Virus record (IMG/VR): IMGVR_UViG_3300020048_000090
DNA from: an uncultured virus (IMG/VR IMGVR_UViG_3300020048_000090)
Taxonomy: Duplodnaviria; Heunggongvirae; Uroviricota; Caudoviricetes
Length of the DNA: 64,000 nt
Reading direction: 5' to 3' (one strand)
This document shows positions 39,752 to 49,695 of the stretch, one piece after another. Below the pieces are notes generated by a model that was not told the DNA's origin, searched no databases, and worked only from the letters and a program-made list of their open reading frames with translations. Made by a program: the position numbers and the translations under genes. Each line of letters opens with the position of its first letter. The first letter of the stretch is position 1.

Positions 39752-40103
39752 TTTCTACTCTTGGATTAGCTTTATCTATTGATCCAATTCTGTAGATTAT
39801 TTGGTTAATGTATTTATATGAGTCATCTTTTAGACAACCACATTCTACTAAAGCATCCTCAAAGAACTTTCCATGTATAGGTAATACATTACCCAAATCA
39901 GATTCCCTCTTATCTGGTGGATAATAGGTATACGTGATTGTTACTGGTGGCATAAGATTTATACCAACCAGTTGTTCTCTGATTAGCTTCTTGTAGGCAG
40001 CTTTAGCTCTATTCAATGTCTGATAGTATGTATTTCTATAGATATTTAAATTGAGAGTAAAAAGCTTCTTACCTACAAGTACCCTTAATGGGCTGTTAAT
40101 CAT
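39723..40103 (-). CDS. RusA-like Holliday junction resolvase
   Basis: DLGN...KFFEDALV..G.LKDD and PRVEIEI. Confidence 0.8.
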   Translation of the reverse strand: MINSPLRVLVGKKLFTLNLNIYRNTYYQTLNRAKAAYKKLIREQLVGINLMPPVTITYTYYPPDKRESDLGNVLPIHGKFFEDALVECGCLKDDSYKYINQIIYRIGSIDKANPRVEIEIESTNDI

Positions 40104-40798
40104 TACTTAGAGAATAATGATTTCTTTGGTTTGTCATCGGGTGCAAATGGTGTTTCCTGTTTGCTCTTACCTACCTTATTGACCAGAATACCTGCATTCT
40201 TCTCAACCCAAGTAGGATAGAATTCTGCTGCTGATTCACTACGTACCTCATTAGTAGTTTTCTTATCAGCTTCACGGAATACCTTTGAGATAACATTAAC
40301 AGTACGAGTCTCTCCAGGTTTATTATATTTATCTTCCAATACTTTCTGGATACCTAGAGTTACATCCTTACCAAGAAGATCAACAAAGACTTCTGATTTA
40401 GTTGGAAGCTCTTTCTTAGCCTCATAATTGTAGATACTAAGTACCTTGGTTTCAGTATCTAGATCTTTAATCTCTTCACCTAAAGTAAGCAAAGCAATAT
40501 CATTTATAAGGATGAATCCTGGTAGATAGTGTTTAGCACCATCTTTAGATACATAGTAGTTAAGTTGGTTTTTTTCTTTACCTGATGTGGCATAGATAGT
40601 TTGGCTTAACTCCTTACCATCTTTAGTTTTGAAGTTAAAACAAACTCCTTTAGCTCCATTCTTAGATTCAATTTCATAAGCCAAATCAATTACTACGTCA
40701 TAAGCTCCAGATTCCCAAGGATCAAATTTACCTGCTCCAAGGGTATCTTTCTCTTGTTGAACGTCAGAAGGTGTATCCATATTTTTAAAAAGTGACAT
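40103..40798 (-). CDS. single-stranded DNA-binding protein (N4 gp45-like)
   Basis: EKDTLG, I..AY..SKNGA, HYLPGF, C-terminal KKSLF. Confidence 0.8.
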   Translation of the reverse strand: MSLFKNMDTPSDVQQEKDTLGAGKFDPWESGAYDVVIDLAYEIESKNGAKGVCFNFKTKDGKELSQTIYATSGKEKNQLNYYVSKDGAKHYLPGFILINDIALLTLGEEIKDLDTETKVLSIYNYEAKKELPTKSEVFVDLLGKDVTLGIQKVLEDKYNKPGETRTVNVISKVFREADKKTTNEVRSESAAEFYPTWVEKNAGILVNKVGKSKQETPFAPDDKPKKSLFSK

Positions 40799-40801
40799 GT
40801 T

Positions 40802-41533
40802 TTAATTTCCTTTAATTTTTTTACTTCGGGTTATACCAGCAATATTTACTAATCGCTGGATTGCTGAACGGGTTATATTGTATTCATTCGCTAAATCATA
40901 TTGACTATAATCTCCTGTACTATATTTCTCTAGTATTTGTTCTACTTGAGCTGGTGATAGCAGTACACTCTTAGATTTGCCATAAGCAACTTCCCTCATG
41001 TGACTACCTCTATTATTTTCCAGTTTAGTAACTATTAAACAGGTATCTGGTGAGTAGTGTTTATTTCCAGGTATTTTAATATCCTTGTCTATTTCTAAAC
41101 CGGGATGCCATCCATTATCTAAACACCAATTAATAAACACTGCTGGATCATCTAACCATTCTTGACAAACAGTAACCCCTTTAGCACCATAATTTATATA
41201 AGAAGAGTTATTAGGATTATAACATCTATCTATCATAGACCTACGAACACTATATAACTTATGGGTATTATCTTTTCTGTTAAATCCATGAACAGTATGT
41301 GTTCTTTTAGCAGTTGCTTTTGCTATATCAGATAACATACAACCACAAGACGGTGTTTGTGGATTTTTTGCAGATTTACTTACTGAAGCTACAGCAGCAG
41401 CTGCATTTTCGTATGTATTTCCACAAACACATTGGAATTTCCAGTAGTAACTACCACTTGCATTTACTCTGTCTAATCTATGTAGTGCGGTTAATGAGCC
41501 AAATACTTGCCCTGTATAATCTTTAGCAGCCAT
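40802..41533 (-). CDS. free-standing HNH homing endonuclease with C-terminal HTH
   Basis: GQVFGSL..WKFQCVCG, SCGC, MIDRCYNP..YGAKGVTVCQEW, IDKD..YSPDTC..N. Confidence 0.8.
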   Translation of the reverse strand: MAAKDYTGQVFGSLTALHRLDRVNASGSYYWKFQCVCGNTYENAAAAVASVSKSAKNPQTPSCGCMLSDIAKATAKRTHTVHGFNRKDNTHKLYSVRRSMIDRCYNPNNSSYINYGAKGVTVCQEWLDDPAVFINWCLDNGWHPGLEIDKDIKIPGNKHYSPDTCLIVTKLENNRGSHMREVAYGKSKSVLLSPAQVEQILEKYSTGDYSQYDLANEYNITRSAIQRLVNIAGITRSKKIKGN

Positions 41534-41572
41534 AACAATATCCTCAAAGTATCAAACAGTTGTTATGATACT

Positions 41573-42292
41573 CTAAGAATAATAATTATGCAAGCGATCT
41601 AATAGAAACTGTGTGTTGTTATCAATAAAAGTTTCTTGATTATTCCACATACCTATAGGTCCACGAATACGTTCATGTACAGTATCTTTAGTTAATCGAC
41701 ATTGGAATACATATTTGAAGCCTAACATTTCATCTTCAGGTGTGATAGTTAAAAGATCATTTTTATAATCTTTCAATTGCTTTAGATTTACTTTTTTAGT
41801 GCTAACAACAGTACTAAAGAAAGATTCAATGCCAAAGTTCATTAGTGATCCTGATACTTTAACTAAAGTCTCTTGAGCCATCTCACTTTCATTTAAGATA
41901 TCTGAAGTATGTGCAGTGAATACAATTGTTTTTGTAGATTTAGCTACATGCTGATTCATTAATTTCTTAAAGAATGCACTATATGTTCCCCACGCCCGAA
42001 GCCCGTTTGATGCATCATCTACATATACAGTTTGGTACATACTCATCATATATGTAAGGCTATCAATAACAATTGTATGAATGTTAGGCATATTTTCAGC
42101 CTCATCAATTGCTTCTATAATCTGAAGTGGGTCAGTAATTGTAAATTCCTGAAACTTAGATTTGAAAGGTGTACGTTTACCATTCTCACAATTGAGATAC
42201 ATTACCCCTTCTGGCTTATCCAAATACATTAAGCTAGTGCTTTTTCCTGTGCTTGCTTTGCCACTTATTAGCACTAAATGATCATTAGCCAT
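41573..42292 (-). CDS. Sak4-like AAA ATPase (N4 gp44-like)
   Basis: Walker A GKASTGKS, YLNCE, IVIDSLT. Confidence 0.85.
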   Translation of the reverse strand: MANDHLVLISGKASTGKSTSLMYLDKPEGVMYLNCENGKRTPFKSKFQEFTITDPLQIIEAIDEAENMPNIHTIVIDSLTYMMSMYQTVYVDDASNGLRAWGTYSAFFKKLMNQHVAKSTKTIVFTAHTSDILNESEMAQETLVKVSGSLMNFGIESFFSTVVSTKKVNLKQLKDYKNDLLTITPEDEMLGFKYVFQCRLTKDTVHERIRGPIGMWNNQETFIDNNTQFLLDRLHNYYS

Positions 42293-42591
42293 TAGAACTC
42301 CACAATATGTTTAAACACAATATTAAGCTTCTCTAGATCACCACATACTTCAATATCATCTAACTCTTCACCTACACGAATAAATGCATGATTATCATTC
42401 ATTAGTGGGTTATGTAGAATTGACATTAGTACTGTAGAGAAGTCATCATCAGGATGATGCCATGTTTCATGGTTGAATGAATATACTACTGAACAGTCTT
42501 CCCTTACATTCTTTTGATAGACAAATCCATTAATAAGACTCTCGATATCATCTGCAAATTCTGCTGTTACTGCAATTAAAACTTTACTCAT
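42292..42591 (-). CDS. hypothetical protein
   Basis: 99 aa, coupled; FIRVGEELDDIE. Confidence 0.55.
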   Translation of the reverse strand: MSKVLIAVTAEFADDIESLINGFVYQKNVREDCSVVYSFNHETWHHPDDDFSTVLMSILHNPLMNDNHAFIRVGEELDDIEVCGDLEKLNIVFKHIVEF

Positions 42592-44734
42592 TTATATCCC
42601 TTTTTGTGACTGCTTTAATAACTGAAACTAAGATTGTAGTGTTAAGTTCCTCATCCGTTAGAGGCATCTTTAGTTTACCGTTAAAAGCAAAGATTGAATT
42701 TCTGATAGCTTCAATGGAATAACCACTATCAACCAGTACATACGCATATTTGATTAAGGTATTAGATCTGTTTCCAGACTCAGAGTTGGTCAAGAACCAC
42801 CTCTCTAAATTGTTTAATCCACCTAAATCAATTACCCTTCTTTGTTGTTCTTCCTGCTTCTTGGTTTCAGGAATAAACAACATTGCATCTAGAAGCTCAC
42901 CTTCTTGATATACATATTCACCATTAAATGCTTCCCATTTTCTTGAGCTGTCCTTGGTTTGGGTATCTACATCAAATGGAAGCCAATCAAACACATTTTG
43001 CATAAACTTAGGATAGTTATGTGAATTGAGTTTAACTGTATGGCTAATAGGAATTAGGATTCTAAACCTATTATTAGCTTTAGTGTGTCTCTTAGTAGTA
43101 GCAAATAATGCTGTATAGTCTTTCAGAAGCATTTGAGCTGTACTCATAGAGATACCATTATCTACATCTAAGATTACCATATTGAATCCTGGTATTAGCT
43201 TATCAGAGCTTCTATAGCCTTCCATAAAGTGATGGGCTGTGTAGTGGTAGCCTGAAGCTGTTACAAGCTTGTGTAGCTCATCCCAAGCAGGTCTAGCAGC
43301 CTCAAATCCAGTAGTAATATCAGTACCATAGCTACAGATCATAGAGCTTAGATTTGTATTCTCTAGAGATTCACCTTTAAAGAATTCAATACTATCTGCA
43401 TAGCTAGTCTTAATAATGATATTGTTCTTATAACCCCAAGCAATAGCTTGAGTCATAATATCTTTACGTTGAGCTGCACTACCTCTATAGAAAGGTAAAT
43501 CTTCCATTAAGTCTACTTGAGTTACCTCAGTCTTAATGTCTGCTAGATATTGAGCTACCCTAACATGGATTCTAGGTCTAGTTAGAATCTGATTAAAGCT
43601 ATCTCCAGACTCTTCTACAAGCTTAATAGCAGCTTCTAGATGCTTCTCTTCTATCTCATATGCCCCATCAACAAATGCATAAGCACCACTCAGTTTTAAG
43701 ACTTTGTAGTACCTATGATTCATTTCTGCTTTTTGGATCTCTTCAAAATCTTTGAATTCTTCTGCTCTTTTCTCACAGAGAATTTTGTACTCAATTAATT
43801 TCAGAGTGTTATCTTTACTGAACTTAATCTTAGTACTAAAGTTAATTGGATCAGCTAGATTAGCTAATCTATTACTTATTTTGATAAGAGTTGCATCTGA
43901 TGTGGTATCAGTAAGCATATCAAATACTTGTTCTGGTGTTAGCTCAGTTAACTTGGTTATATGTTTAGTATAACCAAATAAACATCTACGAGCATATCCA
44001 GTCTCTAGCATTGAGTAAAACTCAGCTTCTGTAGCACTACCATTCAATAGCTTACTTGGAGTACCAAATAGAAGCATATTAGTAGGAGTTCTACCATCAA
44101 TCTCTACTGTACGTTTATTGTCAGCAGTATTCTTGATAAGCTTCTGTTTAACTTTACCAATATCATAAAGCTCTAAGAAGGTATTAAGTACTTCTACATT
44201 GGATACAAGATTTGATCCAATCTCATCAATAGCTAGATTGATGCTGCCTATACCAGCCATAAGCAGCTTATGACGCATTTGCTTAACTGCTGGAGAGGTT
44301 CCACTATCAAAGGTATATACCAGTGGACCAGTACTATCAAACTCCTTCTGAAGCTTCTCTAGTTGCTCTTCATAAGGTACTACTGAGTTAGCTCTTTTAA
44401 TAGCTAATTTGTCTATGCTTTGTTCAGCAATAGCTGGAAATGTATCTGTGATAAATACTTCCTTGAACTTATTAATAACATGTTCTTCAATAATGTTAGT
44501 ACTGAATCCTTTAGCTGAACCTGAAGGACTTAATGCAATTGCATATAGATTTACTGGAATTAAACCCCTATCCAATGTATCTATATCAGTACGCATCATT
44601 GAGGCTACTGAGGTTAGATAATAAGCTACTACTACTCTAAAGAATAGTGGATTATTATTTTGAGTCTTTTTGATAAGAATATTTACTAGTTCTTCCTGAA
44701 TAGGATGAAAGTTCATATCACTAAAAGGTTTCAT
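42584..44734 (-). CDS. DNA primase (N4 gp43-like; N-terminal P-loop domain, C-terminal primase + PriCT)
   Basis: 716 aa; SPSGSAKG, DEIGSNL, LDVD, TTKRH, GNRSN.L. Confidence 0.88.
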   Translation of the reverse strand: MKPFSDMNFHPIQEELVNILIKKTQNNNPLFFRVVVAYYLTSVASMMRTDIDTLDRGLIPVNLYAIALSPSGSAKGFSTNIIEEHVINKFKEVFITDTFPAIAEQSIDKLAIKRANSVVPYEEQLEKLQKEFDSTGPLVYTFDSGTSPAVKQMRHKLLMAGIGSINLAIDEIGSNLVSNVEVLNTFLELYDIGKVKQKLIKNTADNKRTVEIDGRTPTNMLLFGTPSKLLNGSATEAEFYSMLETGYARRCLFGYTKHITKLTELTPEQVFDMLTDTTSDATLIKISNRLANLADPINFSTKIKFSKDNTLKLIEYKILCEKRAEEFKDFEEIQKAEMNHRYYKVLKLSGAYAFVDGAYEIEEKHLEAAIKLVEESGDSFNQILTRPRIHVRVAQYLADIKTEVTQVDLMEDLPFYRGSAAQRKDIMTQAIAWGYKNNIIIKTSYADSIEFFKGESLENTNLSSMICSYGTDITTGFEAARPAWDELHKLVTASGYHYTAHHFMEGYRSSDKLIPGFNMVILDVDNGISMSTAQMLLKDYTALFATTKRHTKANNRFRILIPISHTVKLNSHNYPKFMQNVFDWLPFDVDTQTKDSSRKWEAFNGEYVYQEGELLDAMLFIPETKKQEEQQRRVIDLGGLNNLERWFLTNSESGNRSNTLIKYAYVLVDSGYSIEAIRNSIFAFNGKLKMPLTDEELNTTILVSVIKAVTKRDINE

Positions 44735-45018
44735 TTAATTACTCTTTTTATATATGCAATAATTGCTGTTGTAGATTTAGATGTACCAAATCTACGATTA
44801 ACCTCCTCAGCAAATTTGTCTTGAGATTGATAAAGTGATTTGTCATCTTCCCAAGCTTTCCACATTAGAACTAATGTTTCAGTATCTCTAGAAGTCCATT
44901 TAGTATAGTCTCTTTTCTTAGTTTCTGGTTTATTTGATAAATAATCCATAACAGATTCTACAGCTTTAGGGATTAGATTAGTTACAACTGAAGTTACAAA
45001 ACTAACTACTGGCATCAT
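44731..45018 (-). CDS. hypothetical protein (possible HTH)
   Basis: 95 aa, ATGA-coupled both sides. Confidence 0.5.
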   Translation of the reverse strand: MMPVVSFVTSVVTNLIPKAVESVMDYLSNKPETKKRDYTKWTSRDTETLVLMWKAWEDDKSLYQSQDKFAEEVNRRFGTSKSTTAIIAYIKRVIK

Positions 45019-45992
45019 ACGATTAACCTACCTTCTGCTATATATTGAGCTGCTTGCTTGCAACCATTCTTAGCTGGACAGTATCTACAGAATCCAACTT
45101 CACCTTTTACTTCTACAATTACACCAACTGAATTGTCTTTAGTTAAGTAAGAATGAGCTTCCCAATAAGAATCAAAGTTCTTAGTGCTTCTATCTCTCTT
45201 TTCTGGATTCTTATAATACTTGAATACGCTTGGTTTCAACCATAACTCTTCAGTAGTACATTCAGGTATCTCTGATTCTGGTTTATCCAAGTACTTAGTA
45301 ATATCTTTCAGTTTAGTTTTGATAAACCTATCTGTTTCTTCATTAGACATTAGCAGATACTCTTGTGCTAATAGTCTCTTCTGTGGATAGTCTTTATCTG
45401 ATCTAGCTTTAACTGCTGACCAATCAGTAAATACGTATAGAATGGTTAGTAGATCATCTACAATAAGATCTGGAAATAACCATTTATAGATACTACCCTG
45501 CTGAGCATACTTAGATGCATTAGATTGGTTAATCCAATTATATGTACCTGTACTCTTAATATCATAAAGCTTACCCATAGATACAAAGTCAAATTGACCT
45601 GTAATCTTCCAACCATCTACCTCTTTGGTTCTACGCTGCTCTAGATAGATAGGAATGGTGTCTGTATCAAGCTCTGAAGCATCAGGATTGACTTGAATTA
45701 GCTCACGCATACCTTTGGGTACACCAAGAGCTTCTAGTGTCTCTAAGAGCTTAGGAGAGAGCCATGCTGACTCTACTGCTGTATGGATAGATGTACCTAG
45801 CCTAGATGCAATCAAGTCTGTTACATCTGTCTCTGATGGTCCTGTAGCTCTCATAGTAAGTATAAGAGACTTTAATGGTTTGAGTAAGCTAGTAGCTGAT
45901 ATTACTTTTGGATCATCGTTGTATTCATAATTATCCATAGCTAACCATACAGCTAATGGTAGTGGTACATTAAATTTATTGGTTATCTTCAT
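45015..45992 (-). CDS. PD-(D/E)XK exonuclease (N4 gp42-like)
   Basis: ISATSLLKP, GTSIH, EQR, GQFD...DIKST, C-terminal CRYC...C. Confidence 0.85.
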   Translation of the reverse strand: MKITNKFNVPLPLAVWLAMDNYEYNDDPKVISATSLLKPLKSLILTMRATGPSETDVTDLIASRLGTSIHTAVESAWLSPKLLETLEALGVPKGMRELIQVNPDASELDTDTIPIYLEQRRTKEVDGWKITGQFDFVSMGKLYDIKSTGTYNWINQSNASKYAQQGSIYKWLFPDLIVDDLLTILYVFTDWSAVKARSDKDYPQKRLLAQEYLLMSNEETDRFIKTKLKDITKYLDKPESEIPECTTEELWLKPSVFKYYKNPEKRDRSTKNFDSYWEAHSYLTKDNSVGVIVEVKGEVGFCRYCPAKNGCKQAAQYIAEGRLIV

Positions 45993-46002
45993 TTTAATCC
46001 TT

Positions 46003-46025
46003 TATCAACAGACTGCCGTAGGCAG
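46003..46025 (-). promoter_or_regulatory. candidate N4-type hairpin promoter (GNA triloop on template strand)
   Basis: + strand TATC-AACAGA-CTGCC-GTA-GGCAG, intergenic; near copy at 61124-61146. Confidence 0.5.
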
Positions 46026-47147
46026 CTATCTATTTGATTTACATATGTTTATAGCTAATATAATATCTTTTATATTATCTATAGAAGCATTATTCTCTAA
46101 TGGTATTTCATCTGCCCAAGTAGGATAGTGAATAACTAATTCAGCACCTAGCTTTACTTCTGAATGATAGATTTCAGGATGATCTTGCCAACTCATACAC
46201 TCAATCAGATTATCGTTAGTAAACTTAAGTACTTCTGTGGTATCTTTAATTATGAAGTAAAGTGAGTCATGGATTGAAGCTATAGGATGTATATCAGTAG
46301 AATATTCTGAATCATATACTCTTTGCATAAATTCATTCTGTGCTCTGCTATTTAAGATACACCAAGATTGTCCCAATGCATTACCAGCAGTTCTACCTTC
46401 AGCAGCAGCTTCATATGGCATCTTCTTGCCATATAGAATCTGGTTAAGAATAGGAGTTCTTAATCTTAATCCAAATGCAGCAGTGATATAGCCATCTGTA
46501 GATGCTTGCTTTAGTTTATCCTGTACCCATTGATCTGATACTTGATATAAATCATGATATGCTTTCTCAATAGATAGAGCTTCTTCTTTATTGAATCCAC
46601 AGTTATTCATTAAGGTAGTATATTGACCCTGATAGGTAAGTGCAAAAGTTGGAGCTTTACTAGCTTGTCTTAACTTTTTATATTTACTAGCAATAGAGTT
46701 AATAGAATCAACATTATTTGGATCAATATCTGGCATTTTATCTTTCCAATAAAAATATGCTCTAAGACAGTGTCCATCATAGCCATCTGTGTAAACACGT
46801 AACTTATTAGGATCTTTAGTTGTTAATGCACTAATACGATCTTCTAAAGACGCACTATCTGCACTAACTAAGAGATAACCTGATGGAGCTTGAAAGCATT
46901 TCTTTATTGGTTTAGCATATACACTACCTGTACTAGGAATCTGTTGCATATTAGGTTTACTACTACTAAACCTCCCAGATAAAGTTCCCCCAAGATTATA
47001 GTTTCCATGTAGGTAAACTCTATCTTCTTTAGGGATAGTCTTATATAAGAAGTTAGGTATAAAGCTATCTAATATCTTAGATACTTTATTTAACTCTATT
47101 AAGTCTTTTAGTATCTTAGCTTTTTGGATTGCTTCTTCTCTTGTCAT
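46026..47147 (-). CDS. family A DNA polymerase, C-terminal (palm/fingers) part
   Basis: ATG at 47147 with AAGGA SD; SGRFSSSKPNMQQIP, ADSASLEDR (A), RQASKAPTFALTY (B), IHDS (C). Confidence 0.92.
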   Translation of the reverse strand: MTREEAIQKAKILKDLIELNKVSKILDSFIPNFLYKTIPKEDRVYLHGNYNLGGTLSGRFSSSKPNMQQIPSTGSVYAKPIKKCFQAPSGYLLVSADSASLEDRISALTTKDPNKLRVYTDGYDGHCLRAYFYWKDKMPDIDPNNVDSINSIASKYKKLRQASKAPTFALTYQGQYTTLMNNCGFNKEEALSIEKAYHDLYQVSDQWVQDKLKQASTDGYITAAFGLRLRTPILNQILYGKKMPYEAAAEGRTAGNALGQSWCILNSRAQNEFMQRVYDSEYSTDIHPIASIHDSLYFIIKDTTEVLKFTNDNLIECMSWQDHPEIYHSEVKLGAELVIHYPTWADEIPLENNASIDNIKDIILAINICKSNR

Positions 47148-47328
47148 TACCAATCCTTTCAGCAATCTCTAATTCAATGGTGTTTAGATATCTAGTGAAT
47201 ATAGGCATTATAGAACTCTTCATTTCACTATCTTCAGTCTCTAATTCTTGTATATCCTGAAGCAATAGCTTCTTCTGTTTCATAAGCTGTTTTAGAGACT
47301 TCTCATGATTCCATTTAATCTCTTTCAT
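47116..47328 (-). CDS. 70-aa helical protein between the polymerase halves
   Basis: TAATG-coupled to N-part, overlaps start of C-part. Confidence 0.55.
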   Translation of the reverse strand: MKEIKWNHEKSLKQLMKQKKLLLQDIQELETEDSEMKSSIMPIFTRYLNTIELEIAERIGNDKRRSNPKS

Positions 47329-48788
47329 TACAATTCACTCTCATTAATATTAAACTCTTGGATTAGTTGGTTATATAAAGCTATCAGAGTATCTTTATCT
47401 GTTGCTGGTAATCCTGTATCTGTTGTATTGATGATAGGAAACTCTAAATACTCATATAAGAGTTTAGCTACTTGTATTCCACTATTACTGTTTAAGCTAG
47501 TCTTAAATCCACTAATAGGAATATACTTCTTCTTAAGCTCTTTATTCTTCTTAATGAATGCTTCTTTCTGTAGTAACCATTCAAAGTCTTGAACAAGCTT
47601 ATTGTTGCTTAGTGAGTTTAAATGTCTCTTCTGTATCTTATTAAGCTCTTTAGATGCTTTCTTAATCTCAGAGTATTCCATAGGGAATCCAATAAGCTGC
47701 ATATGTACAATAGACTTAATGCTAGACAACATAATAGATTCATATATATCCAATTGATTATCAGCAACCATTATTGGCTTATATTTGTTATAGACATACC
47801 ATGTAGCTAAGGTATCTACTAAGTTATACTTTAACAATTCATCTGTAGGAATATCTTTAACAGTAACTTCATCATCTAAGATTCCATAGTTACCTGCAAA
47901 CTCTAATGCTAGATTTTTAAGCTTAAGATCATTACCAGCAGTTGAGTTAGTAGCTAGATAAGTGATTACTTGACTATCCTCTAGAGATTTAGTCATTGTA
48001 TGTAATCCATCTAATAATCCAGAATAATCTAGATAATCTTTCATAAACAGTCTAAAGACTAGATGAGTAATATCAAATGTAGCTCTATGGAATATCAATG
48101 TACCTTCATAGATTCTAAAGAATTCAACCAATAATGGTTTAACTTCTTGTGTTACCAGAAAAGCTATACCTTCATGCTGGTTCCAAGCAAAGCTAATAGA
48201 AGCTAGTTCAGCTTCATCTAAGGCTAAGCCAAGGGTTTCTATATCACATGTAAGGAAGGGCTGTTTTAAGAGCTTATAGAGCCATTCTTTGATGCTATCT
48301 AGGTTGTCTGGATAAGCTTCAAAATGAATGATCCCCAATCCAAGAGATGTATGAGTACCTTTGGTATGTTGATCCAATGTAGCTATAGCTAAATCTACTT
48401 TAGCTTGTATAGATGGATTGTAGAATAATGCTTGATAGTTAGGACATAGAATTACATCAAAGTCATAACCAGTAATAGCACATTTAACAATTGATCCATA
48501 ATGAGGTTCAGCTTTACCTAACTTAGTTAATGTCTTGAAATAAGCTGTATCACATACAAATAATGTCTTTACTTGTAGATGCTTACATACCTTTAGTACA
48601 TTGCTAAGTACTTCTTTAATAAGAGATACAGGAGTTTTACCATTAGAGTCATATTGAAGAGATAAACAAATAGTATCATCCAAATCTATTGGATAATGTT
48701 CTTGGATTTCATTCTTCTTAAATGCTGATTCTTTTATGAGTAAAGCTATTGAGTATGTATCTTTATCTTTAAAAGATAAATGATTCAT
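47328..48788 (-). CDS. family A DNA polymerase, N-terminal part (N-terminal domain, 3'-5' exonuclease, start of thumb)
   Basis: YFKTLTK..KAEPHYG; Exo I CDIET, Exo II FHRATFDI, Exo III YNLVD; S..QVAKLLY...T.TG.PATD. Confidence 0.9.
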   Translation of the reverse strand: MNHLSFKDKDTYSIALLIKESAFKKNEIQEHYPIDLDDTICLSLQYDSNGKTPVSLIKEVLSNVLKVCKHLQVKTLFVCDTAYFKTLTKLGKAEPHYGSIVKCAITGYDFDVILCPNYQALFYNPSIQAKVDLAIATLDQHTKGTHTSLGLGIIHFEAYPDNLDSIKEWLYKLLKQPFLTCDIETLGLALDEAELASISFAWNQHEGIAFLVTQEVKPLLVEFFRIYEGTLIFHRATFDITHLVFRLFMKDYLDYSGLLDGLHTMTKSLEDSQVITYLATNSTAGNDLKLKNLALEFAGNYGILDDEVTVKDIPTDELLKYNLVDTLATWYVYNKYKPIMVADNQLDIYESIMLSSIKSIVHMQLIGFPMEYSEIKKASKELNKIQKRHLNSLSNNKLVQDFEWLLQKEAFIKKNKELKKKYIPISGFKTSLNSNSGIQVAKLLYEYLEFPIINTTDTGLPATDKDTLIALYNQLIQEFNINESEL

Positions 48789-48792
48789 AGAA

Positions 48793-48930
48793 TTATTTCT
48801 TTCTTTTAGGTGTCTCAGTGTTACCTAGATAGAAATAAAGATCTTCTTCAGCTCTTTTATCTCTTCTAGGTTTATCTTTCTTAATAGGAGTATTTTTGTA
48901 CTCTCTATTATCTTTGTATGTTTTACCCAT
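48793..48930 (-). CDS. 45-aa basic protein (not in ORF track)
   Basis: MGKTYKDNREYKNTPIKKDKPRRDKRAEEDLYFYLGNTETPKRKK fills the intergenic gap. Confidence 0.4.
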   Translation of the reverse strand: MGKTYKDNREYKNTPIKKDKPRRDKRAEEDLYFYLGNTETPKRKK

Positions 48931-49249
48931 TTAGATTTCCATAACCATGAATAGGACAGTCTGCTGATCTGTAGTAAGCACCATCAGGATATCTATCATC
49001 ATTATCTATTTTAGGACAGGTACAGTGTGGAAAGTACCAATCCTTGATATAGTTTCTATTCTTAGGAAATTCCCATAGTTCTTGTAGAGCTGTTTCTATT
49101 GCTATATAGACAGGATAAACTGTCTTAGCAGTAGATTTACACTCTTGAGCAATAAGAGCTAGATCATCTCTAAGCAGATGTAGTTTATGGATTGCTTCTT
49201 TAACTTCAGGAGTTAAGCTAGTGTATTTAGGATGACTTGTATTAATCAT
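48923..49249 (-). CDS. conserved-type phage protein with CTCP...CPIHG metal-binding motif
   Basis: LQELW.F....W...CTCPKIDN...CPIHG. Confidence 0.6.
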   Translation of the reverse strand: MINTSHPKYTSLTPEVKEAIHKLHLLRDDLALIAQECKSTAKTVYPVYIAIETALQELWEFPKNRNYIKDWYFPHCTCPKIDNDDRYPDGAYYRSADCPIHGYGNLNG

Positions 49250-49632
49250 TAGTATTTCTTTCCATTGACAGCATTACGTGCTTCAGTTGTATGATCTTGT
49301 CTGGTTTTGTTGTATTCAAGCTTATCAAAGAATGCATCAGCTAATCTAAGATTATATGCACCAGCTAGATCAAAGATTCTGATTACAGCATCTGCTAGCT
49401 CAGTTTCTCTAGAGTGATATTGAGGTAGCTTATCATCCATTAGATTTTTACGATCACCTTCTAATGCTTCTGCTAGCTCACTTACAATAAGCATTAGCTT
49501 ACTGCTAAATAGGTATGGGTTAGATGTATCTACATTCCCATCTTTCATAGGCCACCAATTAGCTTCTTTAGCATCTTGATGACAGGATTGGATTATCGTA
49601 TGAAACATCCAATGAGGTGTATTTGCTTGCAT
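49249..49632 (-). CDS. MazG-like nucleotide pyrophosphohydrolase
   Basis: LIVSELAEALEG...ELADAVIRIFD...KLEYN.TR. Confidence 0.8.
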   Translation of the reverse strand: MQANTPHWMFHTIIQSCHQDAKEANWWPMKDGNVDTSNPYLFSSKLMLIVSELAEALEGDRKNLMDDKLPQYHSRETELADAVIRIFDLAGAYNLRLADAFFDKLEYNKTRQDHTTEARNAVNGKKY

Positions 49633-49648
49633 TTATTAATTCCTTAAT

Positions 49649-49668
49649 AAACTCCCTTTCGGGAGTTT
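49649..49668 (-). terminator. hairpin terminator (GAAA loop on - strand)
   Basis: AAACTCCC-TTTC-GGGAGTTT. Confidence 0.65.
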
Positions 49669-49695
49669 TAGTTTTATAAAATGTCACAGACTCTT

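Noticed and set aside
47148..47330. Group I/II intron or intein interrupting DNA polymerase
   Set aside because: Only ~180 nt, fully occupied by a coupled ORF, with no recognisable intron core or Hint motifs. The downstream half has its own SD.
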